Assembly: GCA_907165135.1 (NCBI GenBank) | Contig: OU015566.1 | Coordinates: 4,402,001-4,466,000 of the forward strand | DNA: 64,000 bases | Origin: Oikopleura dioica | Lineage: Eukaryota; Animalia; Chordata | Reading direction: 5' to 3' | Shown here: one piece after another, positions 47,817-58,993 of the stretch | How the letters are laid out: each line of letters opens with the position of its first letter | Position numbering within the stretch: the first letter of the stretch is position 1 | Translations under genes and position numbers: made by a program | Notes under the pieces: model-generated | Told to the model about the DNA's origin: nothing | What the model saw: the letters and a program-made list of their open reading frames with translations, nothing else | Database searches by the model: none

Positions 47817-49600
47817 TCATTGAAAACAATCACTGTCATTATTTTGGAATTGACGGACAACTGAACACATTTGTTTTATCAATTTGAGAATCTGAGAACG
47901 AGCTTTTTTAGAAAGGAATTTCTTGTGACCATGAGTCCGTTGTCTGTTGTGTTGCGTAGGGTGTAAAAAATGTCCGGACCAGACGCATCTCCATATGGTC
48001 GACCCAAAATTATTCAATTTTGAAAGGCCACTTTTTCAAATCCATATTATCAAAAATAGGCCTCACTTTGATATTCGACTGTATTTTATACTTACCACAA
48101 TAAAATTTAATTTTTGGAGCTGGAATATTTTTTTGCGGTATTAAGGTGAGAAGCGCGAAAACCGTTGAAGTTCCTGTGAAGGGAAGAAACCAAAGGAAAT
48201 ATTGGCGAAAATGCCACGTTTGAAATAATTCGTAAGGATCTAGTTGTTGTTCCCAATCATGAGTCGCCAAAACAATACTGCATACAATAGGTCCGTAAAA
48301 GATCAAAGCTATTATGTGTGCAATCACCAGTCTCCGTCTATTTTCAATAATTTTCCATTCCACGCGCCAGGCGTAGCTTAATAGCTTTCGAGCAAGATAA
48401 ATTGGGGTCCTTCTTCGGAAAAAAAAACAAGTACAAAAAACATGATTTATGATGAATATAAATGATATATTTTCTAATTATTATTTTTTCCGTTCCAAAA
48501 CCGCAAAGTGAAGACAATTAACAAGAGAAATACCCGTGAAACAACAAAAAGTGTAACAGAAGGCTGTCCATTCCCACCTTATCAATAGATGATAATTTTT
48601 GGGAGACACTCGATTGCGCCGCTTAACAACGCCCAGCGCCGGCGATCTCGCCTGGTTCGAAGAAATTTTGACTCTCAAAGGCGAAAATTTTAGATTTTTA
48701 TGTCAACTTAGTTATTCTGACTCCTTTATATAGTAACTGGTTTTTTTTAACGTTGCACCATTTTTGTGGAGCGCTTTTCAGCGGGTTAGAGTCGAGATAT
48801 TTTGGTTATCTCTTTTGCACCATGTAGGGGAGAGTCTGTAGTATGCTAAATAAACTTTTGGTGTGAGAAGCATCACTGGTGGTGGAGTAATGACGTCATC
48901 TATTGGGAATTCGCGGCAAACCGTGAATGGTTGGAGAAAATTTGAACAATCCTTAAAAGCACCATATATGCTTTTATCATACAGGGATGTTTCCTACATG
49001 TATACGAAATAAACCTGATAGTTTTTGGTGCCAGCACCAAGGTTGGTGCTGGAGTAATGACGTCATCAAGATTTTTTCCTATGCTTTTAGTGTATTTTGG
49101 ATGTCGTGATTACTCGACCACCAGTGATGGTGCCAACACCAAAAGCTTATTTAACATATTACAGACCCTCTCAAACAAGGTGCAAAAGAGAGAATTGAAA
49201 TATTTCGACTCTAACACCATCAAAAACGCTCCACCAATTATGTACAACGTTAAAAAAAATCCTGTTAGTCCCAAAGTTAAAAGAGGAAAACCTTTAAATT
49301 AAAGTGAACTAAAAGTAGAATGAATCATTTTAATGGGGTCCTATGGCCCTGGAAGAAGCCAGAGCAAAAGCTGTTTTGTCTTACTAATATCTATAAATCG
49401 AATGCTTTAGATTTAGAAAATTAAAATAAGTCGACTTAGGTGCCTCTGAAACTCTCAAAAAATCTCATCAACTAGGGAAAGTTCTCTAGAACTCTATAGT
49501 TTATCTTAAATTTTCCAAGAAATCCTCAGTTCGTTCACAAATCCAAGACGGTAGGATACGTTTTTTTGGGTTATTTTTCAGAAGAATTATAGCACTGAGG
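47817..49600 (-). CDS. Possible rhodopsin-like GPCR fragments broken up by MITE-containing introns
   Basis: IAERFWFSMNHPQCY (DRY-like), hydrophobic segments at 48490-48600 and 48080-48350, and PKIKFYC followed by FLSKKARSQILKL (NPxxY/helix-8-like). Splice phases were not fully reconciled. Confidence 0.35.
48725..49290. mobile_element. Foldback/MITE with about 190-bp inverted arms
   Basis: ttttttaacgttg...tggagcgctttt...ctcttttgcacc...aaacttttggtg...catcactggtgg versus ccaccagtgatg...caccaaaagctt...ggtgcaaaagag...aaacgctccacc...caacgttaaaaaaa. Confidence 0.8.
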
Positions 49601-50218
49601 ATGGTTCATTGAGAACCAGAAACGTTCTGCAATAAAGTCTTGTTTTCAATTATCATCAGATGTCATTTATCAACGAATAAGGGGGATTGTGAAAATGAAA
49701 TTGGACCCATCGTGCTCCCGTGAAAGTTAAAGGCTATAATTATAGGCTATAATACCGGTAGAGAAGTTCAGAAGTACAATTGGTTTCCAAATTTCCGGAG
49801 TCCAAATTTCCGGACATTTTTAAGATTTTAAGGCATCTTAGTGGGACACTACGAAATCGACCATTGTCCGAATTTCCTGACTTTTCTTCAAAATATTATT
49901 TATGAGCGATCATTTTCTCTAAAATAGGAATCAATTTACGGTTAAATTAACTTCTTTTTGGGCGCAAACTGAGCTTGTTCGCGAGGTTAAAGAAGAAGAG
50001 TAAAACTAAGGGTCATTGTTGTGGACTCGCTTTGCTCATCTCCAAATAAGGAAAGGAGATTCGCCGCACCTGTTCAAAATAACTTTCGCTTGGCCCCGGC
50101 CACTTTTCTGTTCACTCTGCCAGACCGCTTGCTACAAAATGCCGCTAATATTAAATTTTTACAATTCGCAAAACTAGAGTCAATCTTTTCGCATCGCAGC
50201 AAATGCATATCCACAACA

Positions 50219-50553
50219 AATTGGTACCAGGACATAACGAACCCGCGACGGAGGACACCTCCAAGAGAAGAAACTGGCACCAAACAACAAATTGGTACCA
50301 GGAATATACGAACCGCGCCGCACAAGACCATCCATAAGAAAAACTGGCACCAAACAAGAAATTGGTACCAGGACACGAAGAACCCGCGACGGAGGACACC
50401 TCCAAGAGAATTAACTGGCACCAAACAAGAAATTGGTTCCAGGACTCAACGACCCTGCGCTGGAGGAAACTGCAAAAAGAGAAAAACTGGCACCAAACAA
50501 CGAAATTGGTTTCAGGATGCTATCTGTGGATCAAACAAGAAATTGATTCCAGA
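50219..50553 (+). repeat. Tandem array of six PBS-containing units (about 70-73 bp period)
   Basis: PBS copies at 50222, 50293, 50363, 50434, 50507 and 50544. Conserved block AAACTGGCACCAAACAAGAAATTGGTACCAGGA plus a variable approximately 38-bp segment. Confidence 0.92.
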
Positions 50554-50711
50554 TAAAAAGAAAAAAAACCTCCTGTAAGTAATTCCCCGCAATGGTTACA
50601 GAAAATTTGCACTGTCGTCATTATTTTGGGAACTTTTTTGGATTTATTCGCTAGTGGATTTGCTCACTGGTGGATTTCCTTTATTTATTTTACCGTTGTG
50701 GATCGCATGCC

Positions 50712-50872
50712 TTTGGACGAATTTCTAGCGAGACGAATTTCCAATCAAGCTTTTGGACGAATTCTTGCTAGACGAATTCCAATAAATTTTGCCTTTGGAC
50801 GAATATTCAGCCGAACGAAATTCCAAGCAAGCATTTGGACGAATTTCAGCTGAACGAATTTCCAATATAAAT
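50712..50872. repeat. Four approximately 40-bp units (TTTGGACGAATT...GACGAATTTCCAA) inside the TRIM
   Basis: Paired GACGAATT motifs in each unit. A third small array (tgggtatcattcc x3) lies at 51066-51180. Confidence 0.8.
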
Positions 50873-53043
50873 TGCTACAGCCGCCACAAAAAAAACCGAT
50901 TACCCGACGATTAACTGGGGGGAAGGGAGTATCGCAAATTATATAAAATTTATCTCTTCTCGTCAAAAAGAAAATAAGTTAACCGCCGTCAGCGCATTGG
51001 AAATCGGACTTCAATTCTGCTCTTGCAACCGCATAAATGATACAGACTGGATCCCGCATGGAAAACTGGGTATCATTCCGCTTCTGCACTGCTCGAAAAT
51101 CTGCAAAAAATTAATTGGGTATCATTCCCACAGCACAGCTACAGCAACGCACAACCAATTGGGTTTTATTCCCACTGCATTTACAGCTATTTCTTCTGGT
51201 ACGCCGCAAACTACCGTGCCCGCATAGAAGATCAAGTCGCGCAAATAAAAATAAGCTTTATGAAATTAATCTGCGATCAGAAGAGAATATTTGAACACTG
51301 GTGGAATCTGCAAACTTTGCGCGAAAATTCTACTCATCACATGCTGCACCCGAATCTGGGGGATGTTGTGGACTCGCTTTGCTCATCTCCAAATAAGGAA
51401 AGGAGATTCGCCGCACCTGTTCAAAATAACTTTCGCTTGGCTCCGGCCACTTTTCTGTTCACTCTGCCAGACCGCTTGCTACAAAATGCCGCTAATATTA
51501 AATTTTTACAATTCGCAAAACTAGAGTCAATCTTTTCGCATCGCAGCAAATGCATATCCACAACATCATTAAGTGGTTTTTCTTTCATAATCTCTTTGTA
51601 TTGAGCCTGTACCAACGCTTTTTTAAAATTTTTGGTGGGACATAAAATTTTTTCCGGTGACCCAAATTTCCGGACATTTTTATGGAAACCAGGGGACGAA
51701 ATTTGTCCGGAAATTAGGAAACCAACTGTACTAGTTCTCAATCAAAATCAGATTTCTTGAAAAATCAGATTTCTTGAAAAAATTCTTGAAAATCTCACTT
51801 CTAAGATAAGCTGCGAGCCCGTGAAGTTCGGCTCCGCGCTGCTCGCCCAGGTCCCTTAAACTCACTAATACGAGGCCCTAACGCACGCATTTTCTGGTGA
51901 AGAATTTATTGAATTAGCGGGGCCCAACTCTCACTCTTGTTCAGAACTGTTTCCTAGGTCATGGTTTGGTCAGATGATGGCCAATTGGTTACGGCCGGGC
52001 GGCGCAATTCAGTACTCCCCTTATTTTTTATTACAAATTACCTATCACACTGAGTTATGAGAAAGCAAAAGTCCCACTTATATTTCTCTTTTGCCATTTT
52101 ACAGCTTCGTGCTTTTCCCTCTTTTTGCAAAGTGCGAATGAATTTCATTGACACTAGACTCAAGGAAGAGTTTATTGAAATTTATTTTACCTGACAAATT
52201 ATTGATTTTTCTTTTTTATTTCGATTATGGACGTTCATGAAAATCTTATATTGGACCAACAAAGGACGGAGCTTTATGATTTCATTTCATGACCGATATT
52301 TCGATGAACTGCCAATAAAAGCGGTTTGCATAAGCGCAAATTTTCTCAATAAATTCGAACTTGTGTTTTGAACAATCGTTGCGCAAGATAGTAATGATTT
52401 TTATACCAGGTCACGGGAACATAACGCCGGAACGCATAAAAAAATTTCTCATTCAAAAGCTCCTTATAAGGGCTTTCTATTTGACTTATAATACGAGATT
52501 CCATCCTGGTAAAAGGAAGACTTGTCTTCCATGATTCCATTAGTCAACACGGTCGCGAGCGACCGGGCGGTAGGGCCGCAGGGCCAGCGCAAGGCTGACA
52601 CCTAGACGCGAAAACATCCCGCGCTGCGTTTCGACAAGTTCAGTCGTCGAAATCGGACAACGCGGTAAGTCACTTCTCGAGAGATTACGAGAGAACGTGA
52701 GTTTAGAAGTTAGGACCCGGGCCCACGTACATTTAGAACGTTACGTGCGAAACGCAACGTTAGAACTAACATTTAGAATTTAGATTTCCGCCCAACTCGA
52801 CTTGCAGCAGAAGACAACAACGAAGAGAATTCCACTGTTCATTCTGCCCCGAGAATATAAATAAACCTAACTTAAATCGAATTAGTCCCACGTTTCTTGT
52901 GGTGACTGAAGCGCTTTTAAGCGGGCTTACGTTTTCCGAAGTACATCAGGAAATCGCGTATTCTCCACATTTAGCTCTCAAGAGAGTGACATTTTGAGTC
53001 CTCTTTGAGTAAAACATTTAGCGACGTGCCCATTTAAAGCACA

Positions 53044-56000
53044 ATGTCGAACAACCCATCTAGCATGATCTACGCTAAGGCTAATGCCCGAAGCTATGAA
53101 CCGTACCGCAACCTCAGCGACTCCCAGAAGCCGCCGAAGTTGTGTACAGATATTCCCCCGGCGATGGCGAAAATCATTTATGAGGCTTGGCTGGCGCATT
53201 TCGACAGCTACGTCTCAAAACGAATTTTAGCCAGAAGCCCTAAAAACCCGTACGCTCAGTTTAGCACTGACTTGCCATGCCTCTGGGATACGCCCTCGGG
53301 CAGGGATATGCCGAATTGGACGGGCTCGTGTGGCATCCCGAGCACCTTGATCGAATTCCGTAACTGGAAAACAACCTTCCCGAAAAGGTACAAGGGAAAA
53401 GGTATGATCGAATTCATCGGTGTCGATGACGACCTCCAGGACGGGGTTCTCGTTTATGAAGGACCCATCGAATTGGAAGGGAGACCAGTAGGACAAGATC
53501 AGATAAACGAAGTGTTCATCAACTTCTTCTTCCCAGGATTGTCCAACTTTGATAACTGGAATGAAGAAGCGAACCTTAAGTTCGCAAGGGAAGCCGTGCG
53601 AAGAGCGGGTGAAACCTTCATCACGCAATGCCGCCCTGACCACAAGAATGCGGTCAGACGAGGACAACTGGCGTCAGTTAGAGCCTACGTCGATAAGCTC
53701 ATCGAAGACCTCGAAGGGCCGAGCAAGAAGCCAGAGTTTTTCAGATGGTTTGCTTTGCTCCGCACGTTGGCGAACAAGGAATACGCCGCGTTCACCGTCA
53801 AAAGCAAGATCGACCTGGCTCGCCAAGTGATGATGAACAACTTGGGGGATTATTCCCGCGAAGCGGTCGCCATCGGCCACAGCTTCGAAAGGGCTGAATT
53901 TAACGAGGCTGAGGGATGGACTCCATTAATGGAACTTACAGCTTTCTTAGCCGGAATCCTTTCCAATTCGGAGAAGGATCTCGTGGCTATCTTGGAGTCT
54001 TTGGCTACCAGGGTCGACAAGGACTACGAGTCCATCGATCTGAAAACGGTCCTCGAGAACCAGCAGTTCATTTTGGGGAAATTCGAAAGGAACGCAAGAG
54101 ACGATTTGCTCAACATCTGCCCTGAGAAATGGGAGCTGAGCTACGTCTGCGACCCAGAGAATCCAATGCGCGCCTACCAGGACGTGGTGGACCAGGAAGC
54201 CAAGGCTGTCAAGGAAGCCGAGAAGAAGGAAAAGCCCAAGTTCAACAAGTGGGCTTCTGAACGCAAGGACAAGAAGAGATTTCCGAAGTACCAAGCGAAC
54301 GCCGTCAACTCGCGAAACGATTTAATCGTCGACGCGAACACTGGCAAGGTATTCGCGGAAGTAAAGGAGCTCAAGATGTCCCAACAGGAGCTCGGCAGAG
54401 TGGATCAGGACAAGATCCGGTGGATGTCCAAGAACAGATTCAGCCGCCAGGTCAAAGCCAAGGTAACTATGGCCAAGAAAGATCTGAAATCGAGATCCTG
54501 GGGCCCGAAACAACTTCCAGGTAAGAAGTTCAAGGCGGTCGCTTTGGAAGAGGTCGAACGCGAGCTCGATTACATCCAACGGGCGATCAGAAATGAAGAA
54601 GGAGGCTGGCACCTGGCCCAAGAAGACGACGACTACGAGAAGACTGACACCGACGGAGAAGAAGTATCAGCTACGTCTGGAGAAGCAACTTCATCGTCGG
54701 AAGAAGGTTTGTCCGATAGAAACATAACGGAGAATAACCGCATTTTTAGACTCATAAGAAGTATCCGCTCGGCAAAAGAAGAACATGCAGTCTTCAAGAA
54801 ATACGATAAGAGAAACGTTTCTTTAAAATTCGATTACATATCTGTTGTAACAAATGATTCGGCAAATAAAATTAAAACTAGGAATACTTACACCCTTGTG
54901 TTTGATACAGGAGCTAATACAACACTAATAAACTGCAGGTTTCTAAAGCAACTCGAAGAAAACAACTGTGCGGTACGCAGAGATTCAGGCATACGAAAAG
55001 GCTCCACCGCGGGCGGCGGAAAGCTTAAACTTATGCCTTTCGCAGTTTCCTTTTCATTGTGTTTAGGAGCATTGGAAATTAAGGCAATAGATGCGGCCGT
55101 CCACGAAGGGAAAGACGACAATTGGATTCTTCTAGGAGTTAGAGATTGGCAACCGAACGGCGTTGAATTTAAAAATATCGACGGCGAAACTAGGATAGTA
55201 GTAAACGATCAGCCGCTTGAGGATTATTGGACATTTGTGAGACACGTGGAGGTCGAAGATCAAGAATGGTCGGAGTTGAGCAGAGAGTTCAATAAAATTA
55301 TTACGGAATCTTTAGTCGCAGAAGTGAGTATCAGATCTGAAATTGACCCAAACGACGAATTAGCATCGATATTTTTTGATTTGAAGCCTACAGACAAAAT
55401 GAACCCAGACGGCATGCGTGAATTTTGGAGGAAAATCGAACAGATCCACGAAGATAACAAAAAAATTAACACTGTTGACGAAGTTGTCATAGATGAGTTC
55501 GGCGAAGTCTTGGACTTGAGTGACCCGGAGGACAAAAGATTTTTTAGAAGAATAAAGAGACTACTGTTGAAATATTTTGTCGTGTTTTCTAAAACTCAGG
55601 GCGTAGTACCTGATGAGCAATTTATTGTGCACGGCGAGATCAAGGGAAACCCTACAGGTAAGTTTGCGGACAAGTCTTTCGAAAGATGGTCTCCGGAAGT
55701 GCAGGAGCAGGTCATCAACAAGCTGAACAACGAACTCGCTGAAGGAATCTTGAAGCCTTTAGACCCAAAGATTCAACCCAAGAATTTTATGAGAATATTC
55801 CCAGTAAGCAAGAAACACTCACCGGGAATGACAGTAGAAGAGAAGATGGCGAATATTAGATTAGTCTCAGACTGTTCAGCAGGTATCAATCAGAATACGA
55901 CCTTTGCCAATCATGAGATGGACTCGATCAGAGACGCTATTCAAAAGATGGCGAGATTCACGGAGACGGGACTCATTGGGATGGCGGATCTGTCATCAAT

Positions 56001-58779
56001 GTTCCATTCGTTCAGAATGTCGGATGATCTCATACCGAACTTCTGCGTCAGACACCCTCTGATCGGAAACACGGCATATGTAAGACTTCCGATGGGCTGG
56101 GTATGCTCCCCAAGCATCAGCAGAGATTTCCTCGCTAGAATTTATTACCCGTGTAATGATTTTATGTGCAGATATGTAGACGACTTGACGTTCTCAGCGA
56201 ATTCAAGAGAAGAATTTTTACAGAATTTAGAGAAAATTCTGATAATCACGCACAAAAATAACCTTAGATTCAACGGAAAAAAGATGAAACTGCTCGGAAA
56301 GAGCATGAAAATCCTGGGCAAGAAAATCTGCAACGGTAAAATTTTAGTTGACGAACACAATCTCCAGAAGATTTTGGACGAAGATCATGAATCAGTTAAG
56401 ACGGTCAGGCAGCTTAGAGCGATTCTAGGAAGAGTGGCCTTTGTGTCTGATAGCATTCCGAGCAGAGTGGAAATCACTAAAAACTTAGCAGAGGCAGTCG
56501 GCGGTAAGAATTCGGCGGAGAATGTTGAATGGACGGAAAAGCTAATCACTGATTTCCGTAACTTGAAAACCGTACTGTCGAGAAACTTGGTTGAATTATT
56601 CCCAGTTGTAGAAGGCATGGAGACGATTTTGGTGGTAGACAGCTCCTACTGCGCCACGGGTGGTTTTCTAATGCAGCTCGATAACGAAGGAAATAGAAGA
56701 ATGATCAGACTCTTCTCAAGAAAGAGAACAGATCTCTCGAACAAGTTTGCTATGTCAAGCTGCCTGTTGGAATTGACAGGTTTAGTTGCCGCGGTAAAAT
56801 TTTTCAAGATAGAAATGCAAATTGCGAAGGTGACTACTAGAATTTATACGGACAGTCTATCAGTCGAGAAGCTGTTCAAGCGATTGATGAAAGGAGAAAG
56901 CTTAAGCGATGATCTAAGGATCAACTGTCATTTACTAGAACTGATCAACCATGACGTTGACGTAATATACATGTCCGACAAAAGCGAGTATATCGTTCTT
57001 GCAGATTTTATTTCGAGAAAACCTTCGATCGCTACAACATGCGAAGGCAAGTGCAAAGTATGCGAAGCGGCCGACGCAATCATCATCAAAACGGAAAATT
57101 TGCAATTTCAACAGACAAATGGAGACAACGAGGAAAAACAGAAGGACTTACAGCTGGCAGAGGTCATGATCCCTACAAAAAGTCTATACGAATATGAAGC
57201 GATTCAGGACATCAAATGCAACGAGCTTTGGTGGGAGGAACAGCGTAGGGCATTTAGATCAACAAACTTCACTCCGTTCAGAGCGGAGATCTTGAGTTTT
57301 AAAGTCGGCAGGACTAACCCGGCCGTTTTAAGAGATCATCCAGAGCTTAAATCATTATCTTTAGCTGAATTTTTGGCAAACGATGCTTTAATCGCTTGCA
57401 TACAGAGGAGAGACAGAACGCTCAGAGCGGTGTTTCAAGCGAAAGAAGACGAGATCTTGCCCGGCGCCAAAAACAGGCGGGGCGAGACGGCCAGATGGAA
57501 GATGGAAGTGATGAATGGGAAAGTGGTCACGGTTAAAAACTTCGGAGTTCGCCAGATTTTTGTCCCCGTCATCCCAGAAAGGCTCACCAACTGGATTGCT
57601 CAAAAAATTCATGACGATAAAGGCTGCGCTTCACACACAGCCCTCATGAACGAAGCAAAATGCATCGTTCACGCTCCCAAAATCAGAGACGCCCTGAAAG
57701 CAATTATATCGCGTTGTAGGAAGTGTTCCTTCCTCAGAAACGTGCCGAACACGGTGTGCAACTTGAAGGAGTACAACGATTTCAACCCTGAGTTCATTGG
57801 ACACATCTGCTCTTGGGATCAGATGACTAGGACGAATGAGTTGGACGGAAATAAGCCCGTCCGGTTTTGGGTGATAACCGACCACTTGACAGCCTTTACA
57901 AGGCTGATTCCGGTAGAAGGAGCGTCCAACGCGAAGAATAACCGCTTGGCCCTGATCAGGGCAGTAGCTTCTTTGAAAGGCGATAGAGCGGAAATGACTA
58001 CAGTTGTTGCGGATGGCGCGAGAATCAATTCATCGCTAGTAGAAGACCCGGAATTGCTAGGTTTTAATATCAAGGTTTTGATCACAACAAAAAGCTCAAG
58101 AAGCAAAAATAACTTAGCAATTTTAGACACTCGATTAGGAAAATTGACAAAATTCTTAGTACTAGCTTTAAACGAAATGAAAGACGCTTGGGATTTAGCG
58201 GAAAATGTTAATTATAATCACAACAAATTGAAGGCTTGCCACGGATATTCCCCAATGGAACTTTTCTCGGGCAAGTGCCAAACGACCGGTAAAAAGCTGA
58301 ATATAGACTGGGAGAAAATTAGATCGAGGATTAAAAGAGGTCGAGAAATGTCCAGAAAGGCGAATGATAAGTTGGCTAGGAAAGGTTTCATCCGTGAAGC
58401 TATGGAACTGATCCCGTTTGACGAGTCTGACGGATGTTATGGCGGCCTGACAAGATCGCCGATCAAACTAGGAGACATTATAATTCTGTCGGAGGCTTTT
58501 AATAAAAACAACTCACGACCCTTTTGGAAGGTAGTGGAATGCGATCAAATCCCTTTGGGCATCGATTTCGAAAATAAACTCGTGAGCACATTGAAGATGG
58601 ATTTAAAGCGTAATCATAAAAATTCCTTTAAGATTTGGTCATTTTTCGCGATTAAAATGGTGATCGACGGGAGAGGGAATCCAAGCATTGAAGAAATTCA
58701 AGAGCTAGAAAGCCCGATCCCAGACAAGTTTAACATGTGCTTTACTGAAGTCCCCAAATCTAGATTTAACCAAAATTAG
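53044..58779 (+). CDS. gag-pol: Ty3/gypsy Gag-Pol polyprotein (1911 aa, single uninterrupted ORF)
   Basis: Protease LVFDTGA, RT ADLSSMFHSF / RLPMGW / YVDD, RNase H VDSS...LLEL...YTDS...ADFISR, and integrase HDDKGCASH...CRKC, WDQ, VADG. Domain order PR-RT-RH-IN. The Gag region lacks a CCHC knuckle. Confidence 0.95.
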   Translation: MSNNPSSMIYAKANARSYEPYRNLSDSQKPPKLCTDIPPAMAKIIYEAWLAHFDSYVSKRILARSPKNPYAQFSTDLPCLWDTPSGRDMPNWTGSCGIPSTLIEFRNWKTTFPKRYKGKGMIEFIGVDDDLQDGVLVYEGPIELEGRPVGQDQINEVFINFFFPGLSNFDNWNEEANLKFAREAVRRAGETFITQCRPDHKNAVRRGQLASVRAYVDKLIEDLEGPSKKPEFFRWFALLRTLANKEYAAFTVKSKIDLARQVMMNNLGDYSREAVAIGHSFERAEFNEAEGWTPLMELTAFLAGILSNSEKDLVAILESLATRVDKDYESIDLKTVLENQQFILGKFERNARDDLLNICPEKWELSYVCDPENPMRAYQDVVDQEAKAVKEAEKKEKPKFNKWASERKDKKRFPKYQANAVNSRNDLIVDANTGKVFAEVKELKMSQQELGRVDQDKIRWMSKNRFSRQVKAKVTMAKKDLKSRSWGPKQLPGKKFKAVALEEVERELDYIQRAIRNEEGGWHLAQEDDDYEKTDTDGEEVSATSGEATSSSEEGLSDRNITENNRIFRLIRSIRSAKEEHAVFKKYDKRNVSLKFDYISVVTNDSANKIKTRNTYTLVFDTGANTTLINCRFLKQLEENNCAVRRDSGIRKGSTAGGGKLKLMPFAVSFSLCLGALEIKAIDAAVHEGKDDNWILLGVRDWQPNGVEFKNIDGETRIVVNDQPLEDYWTFVRHVEVEDQEWSELSREFNKIITESLVAEVSIRSEIDPNDELASIFFDLKPTDKMNPDGMREFWRKIEQIHEDNKKINTVDEVVIDEFGEVLDLSDPEDKRFFRRIKRLLLKYFVVFSKTQGVVPDEQFIVHGEIKGNPTGKFADKSFERWSPEVQEQVINKLNNELAEGILKPLDPKIQPKNFMRIFPVSKKHSPGMTVEEKMANIRLVSDCSAGINQNTTFANHEMDSIRDAIQKMARFTETGLIGMADLSSMFHSFRMSDDLIPNFCVRHPLIGNTAYVRLPMGWVCSPSISRDFLARIYYPCNDFMCRYVDDLTFSANSREEFLQNLEKILIITHKNNLRFNGKKMKLLGKSMKILGKKICNGKILVDEHNLQKILDEDHESVKTVRQLRAILGRVAFVSDSIPSRVEITKNLAEAVGGKNSAENVEWTEKLITDFRNLKTVLSRNLVELFPVVEGMETILVVDSSYCATGGFLMQLDNEGNRRMIRLFSRKRTDLSNKFAMSSCLLELTGLVAAVKFFKIEMQIAKVTTRIYTDSLSVEKLFKRLMKGESLSDDLRINCHLLELINHDVDVIYMSDKSEYIVLADFISRKPSIATTCEGKCKVCEAADAIIIKTENLQFQQTNGDNEEKQKDLQLAEVMIPTKSLYEYEAIQDIKCNELWWEEQRRAFRSTNFTPFRAEILSFKVGRTNPAVLRDHPELKSLSLAEFLANDALIACIQRRDRTLRAVFQAKEDEILPGAKNRRGETARWKMEVMNGKVVTVKNFGVRQIFVPVIPERLTNWIAQKIHDDKGCASHTALMNEAKCIVHAPKIRDALKAIISRCRKCSFLRNVPNTVCNLKEYNDFNPEFIGHICSWDQMTRTNELDGNKPVRFWVITDHLTAFTRLIPVEGASNAKNNRLALIRAVASLKGDRAEMTTVVADGARINSSLVEDPELLGFNIKVLITTKSSRSKNNLAILDTRLGKLTKFLVLALNEMKDAWDLAENVNYNHNKLKACHGYSPMELFSGKCQTTGKKLNIDWEKIRSRIKRGREMSRKANDKLARKGFIREAMELIPFDESDGCYGGLTRSPIKLGDIIILSEAFNKNNSRPFWKVVECDQIPLGIDFENKLVSTLKMDLKRNHKNSFKIWSFFAIKMVIDGRGNPSIEEIQELESPIPDKFNMCFTEVPKSRFNQN

Positions 58780-58993
58780 ATTTAACATAACACGCCTTGG
58801 GTAAAATTACTGTAACTCATAAACAGAGATTTAAATCCCATTCCTTCAAATTTAAGAGCAACAAATTTAGAGACATCTTTCATTTAAAAAGTTAGTCAAA
58901 AGTCTGCAAATTATTAACAACAAAATAAATACAAATAACGTTTAAGTGACAGGTGATTTATTAGGATTTAGTTTCACATGATTTGCAAAATAT

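Larger units (their letters stand above)
50017..51565 (+). mobile_element. Non-autonomous LTR retrotransposon (TRIM-like), 1549 bp
   Basis: LTRs 50017-50218 and 51364-51565 (202 bp, 1 mismatch), TGTTGTGGA...TCCACAACA ends, TCAT TSD, PBS TGGTACCAGGA at 50222, short PPT GGGGGA before the 3' LTR, and no coding capacity. Confidence 0.95.
49777..51728. mobile_element. Tc1/mariner-type MITE interrupted by the LTR element
   Basis: TA|CAATTGGTTTCCAAATTTCCGGA ... TCCGGAAATTAGGAAACCAACTG|TA; about 400 bp once the nested LTR element is removed. Confidence 0.85.

Noticed and set aside
50219-50553. CRISPR-like array (33-bp repeat, about 38-bp spacers)
   Set aside because: The sizes are suggestive, but spacers 1 and 3 are near-identical and the others related. 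The repeat is the retroelement PBS and there are no cas genes.
50021-51741. Repetitive ORFs of 84-185 aa in the TRIM region
   Set aside because: They are translations of LTR and tandem-repeat DNA on both strands with alternative starts and no domain content.
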